Shown: positions 61,541 through 64,000 of the stretch, one piece after another
How positions within the stretch are numbered: position 1 is the first letter of the stretch
Layout: each line of letters starts with the position of its first letter
NCBI RefSeq assembly: GCF_023055435.1
Contig: NW_025963857.1
Coordinates: forward strand, 23,498,001 to 23,562,000
Direction of reading: 5' to 3'
Source: Haliotis rufescens
Taxonomy: Eukaryota
Length of the DNA stretch: 64,000 bases
Made by a program: the position numbers and the translations under genes
The notes under the pieces: model-generated
What the model was told of the DNA's origin: nothing
Database searches by the model: none
What the model saw: only the letters and a program-made list of their open reading frames with translations

Positions 61541-61727
61541 TGTTTGTTTGTTTGTTTGTTTGTTCCTTAACGCCGCGCTCACCAATATGCCTTTTATGAG
61601 CATCGATCAACGCATTTGGTATATGATGACATGCATGAACCAAGCCAGCGAGCAAGACCTCTTGATCCCGTTAGTCGCCTCAAACGACAAGCATTAGTTA
61701 CTAAAGACCAACACTTAGCCGAATCTT
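61541..61727 (-). mobile_element. Degenerate SINE family B copy (another at ~63635-63782)
   Basis: gatcccgttagtcgcc...acgacaagca block and (AAAC)n tail. Confidence 0.7.
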
Positions 61728-62546
61728 AATTGTAAGTCTCAATCTGATTAATACAGATGACTTTTCACAACCTAGCGCATTACATTAGAGACAAATTTAA
61801 AGTACAAATTAAACAAGCCAATAAAACATTTTTAGCAAATCTTCAGCTCTATAGGGATGTTTTAATAGTTCAAAGACAGAGTGAGTGTATATTGTTTAAC
61901 GCCGCTTTCCTATCACCAGGAATGGGCTTCACACATTGTACCCATGTGGGCAATCGAACTCGGGGATCGTGGGTTTGTGGGAGCGAACGCATTAACCATA
62001 AGGCTACCCCACCGTCCCTCAAAGTGAGATCTTAGTTCATATAGAAACATAAGAACCATAATAGCCATAATAATCTTAATTGTAAGTCTCAATCTGATTA
62101 ATACAGATGACTTTTCACAACCTAGCGCATTACATTAGAGACAAATTTAAAGTACAAGTTAAACAAGCCAATAAAACATCCAGACAGTGCTCTCCATATG
62201 AATTATATCGTGAATGTATCGTTGTAGAACGGTACATAAAAATGCAATACCCCACAATTGCAAATGTGACAAAGAGCTCTTGACGTTTTCAACTGAGAGC
62301 ATCCTTGTCTGTGCCAAAAAATAACACAATATCAAATGTGACACCATTCTGTAATCCGCCACAAAACCATGTAATATCAACCTAACAACTAGTTGCGTTA
62401 AAAACTGGTTGGCACCGAAAAATTCATATGCCAATACTTCAACATGACAGAAGCAAGTCTAATTGAAACAGTCGGCCACAGTCAGGATTGGCTCCTGTCA
62501 CCAGAAGGTTCAAGCGATGGAAACGACAATGCCATTGGACGGTAGT

Positions 62547-64000
62547 TCATTGATAGATCATTAACGCTCCAAACACAATGGTGATCATAGTGGTACAAAC
62601 TAATGAGAACCCTAAACATATTTTGCCAAGGAATGCTGCAACCATCGCCCATGTCGTGTCAGCACTATCACTAATCTTCCTTGTTTCCGGAGCGGTGTCC
62701 TCACAATTTAAGTAAGTAAATGTTGGTTTGTCCCGCTGGACAATTATGTTTAGCCACTTGGGAATTTTATGGCGGGAGGTAAGCCTGTGTAGACACAAGA
62801 TGATGACGTTGCAGACCACCGTTAGCATACTGACGAAGACTTGAACAGAGGTCAGTAACACTGAAACATAATTGGAAAAGTTAAGTTCTCAAATGCAAAT
62901 ACAGTTCTATAAAATCGACCAAATCACAAGTTGAATGTGTACTTTGTTTTAGAATCTGCACATGCTTTGACAATTTACCAACCCAAAGGGTTGATTGACC
63001 TTGTCGATTGTCGGCAATATATATACCGCGACTGCACGTTGTTAGGCCCCTTTTACCTAATTTATTTGAGTATCATTTATCCAAATGTAAGCCCAGGGCT
63101 TAAAAATAAAAAGGACAAAACATGAAAGGAAGAATGAATATCCTAAGTGTAATGAAACAATCCTACCAAATGGAATGAGAGAGCAACACTTCAACATAAG
63201 ACATGAGTTGCTTTTTCAATTAGTAAAGAATACGTTCAAAATTGAAATGACAGCTGTCACAAGAAATAACAACAAACATATATCGCAGATATGCTTGTCT
63301 GTCATATGCGTTTAAAATGCCATTTTGAGTATACGGAATATCACCTACGTCAAGGGGGGTCCAATGTGTCTTGTTACACTTGTAACAGCACCTGAGATGC
63401 AGTAATAGTGAAAATTGGCCATATAGAAGCGTGCTTGAACACATGTTGAAACAAATCCGGTATGGCAGATCAATCACTTTTTCAATTTAATATAAGCCAG
63501 CCTATGGGCTTATATTTTCGTTTTTAAGCCCAGGCAAAAACGTGCAGTCCCGATAGTGGAGAAAATGAAGGTTATCCCTTACTGTAGATCAAACAATGTC
63601 ACGTTTCAGGTGATATTTATTTTGTTCCTATGATGTTTTGTTTGTTGTTTAATGCCACACTTAACAATATTCCAGCTACTTGACGATGCATCAACCAAGT
63701 CAGCCAACCTGACCACCCGATCCCGTTAGTCGACCCTTACGACAAGCATGGGTTACTGACGTCCAATTCTAACTCGGATCTGAGACCTGCATCACTTCGG
63801 GCTTTCCTCCCACATTAAGCTGACACGCCGTGATATGACTGGAATGCTGTTAAAAGCGGCGTTAAACCAGACTCACTCACTCACTCTATCTCGGATCATC
63901 ACGGATGCTCGTAAAAATTAAATCACAAGGAAGGATATAAGCCATACAGCCTTACCGAACAAGGATACATGATTAGAAAGCTTTGGCAACGTCTCATAGA
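62547..64000 (-). CDS. Second divergent Cys-loop subunit paralog, 3' part only; exons >64000-63956 and 62860-62547
   Basis: YETLPKLSNHVSLF-G|gtaag matches the same peptide in gene 1 with the same phase-1 intron. The last exon encodes M3, a short loop and M4, and aligns with 48442-48096. Confidence 0.9.

Overview
AT-rich animal genomic DNA with spliceosomal introns, SINEs and LINEs. It is probably lophotrochozoan/mollusc; this is inferred from repeat types and gene content, not proven. Bases 1-~44,130 are a very young head-to-tail array of ~4.46-kb units, and the window opens inside the array. Eight intact units each carry a minus-strand, 3-exon, TATA-driven gene for a 110-120 aa secreted protein. 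The mature part is ~54% Gly and ~16% Tyr, built from GGMGGLY/GGL repeats, and ends in a spliced GIGYY tail. Each unit also carries two fixed SINE insertions. A near full-length ~5.5-kb APE-RT LINE (RTEX-like) sits where ~2.8 kb of one unit, including its gene, is missing. It has no target-site duplication and separates two unit subfamilies. Right of the array is TE-rich DNA with a complete 6-exon Cys-loop (nAChR-like) subunit gene (412 aa predicted) that lacks the vicinal cysteines and most ACh-cage aromatics. The 3' end of a tandem paralog follows. Most short ORFs in the supplied track are shadow or repeat ORFs.
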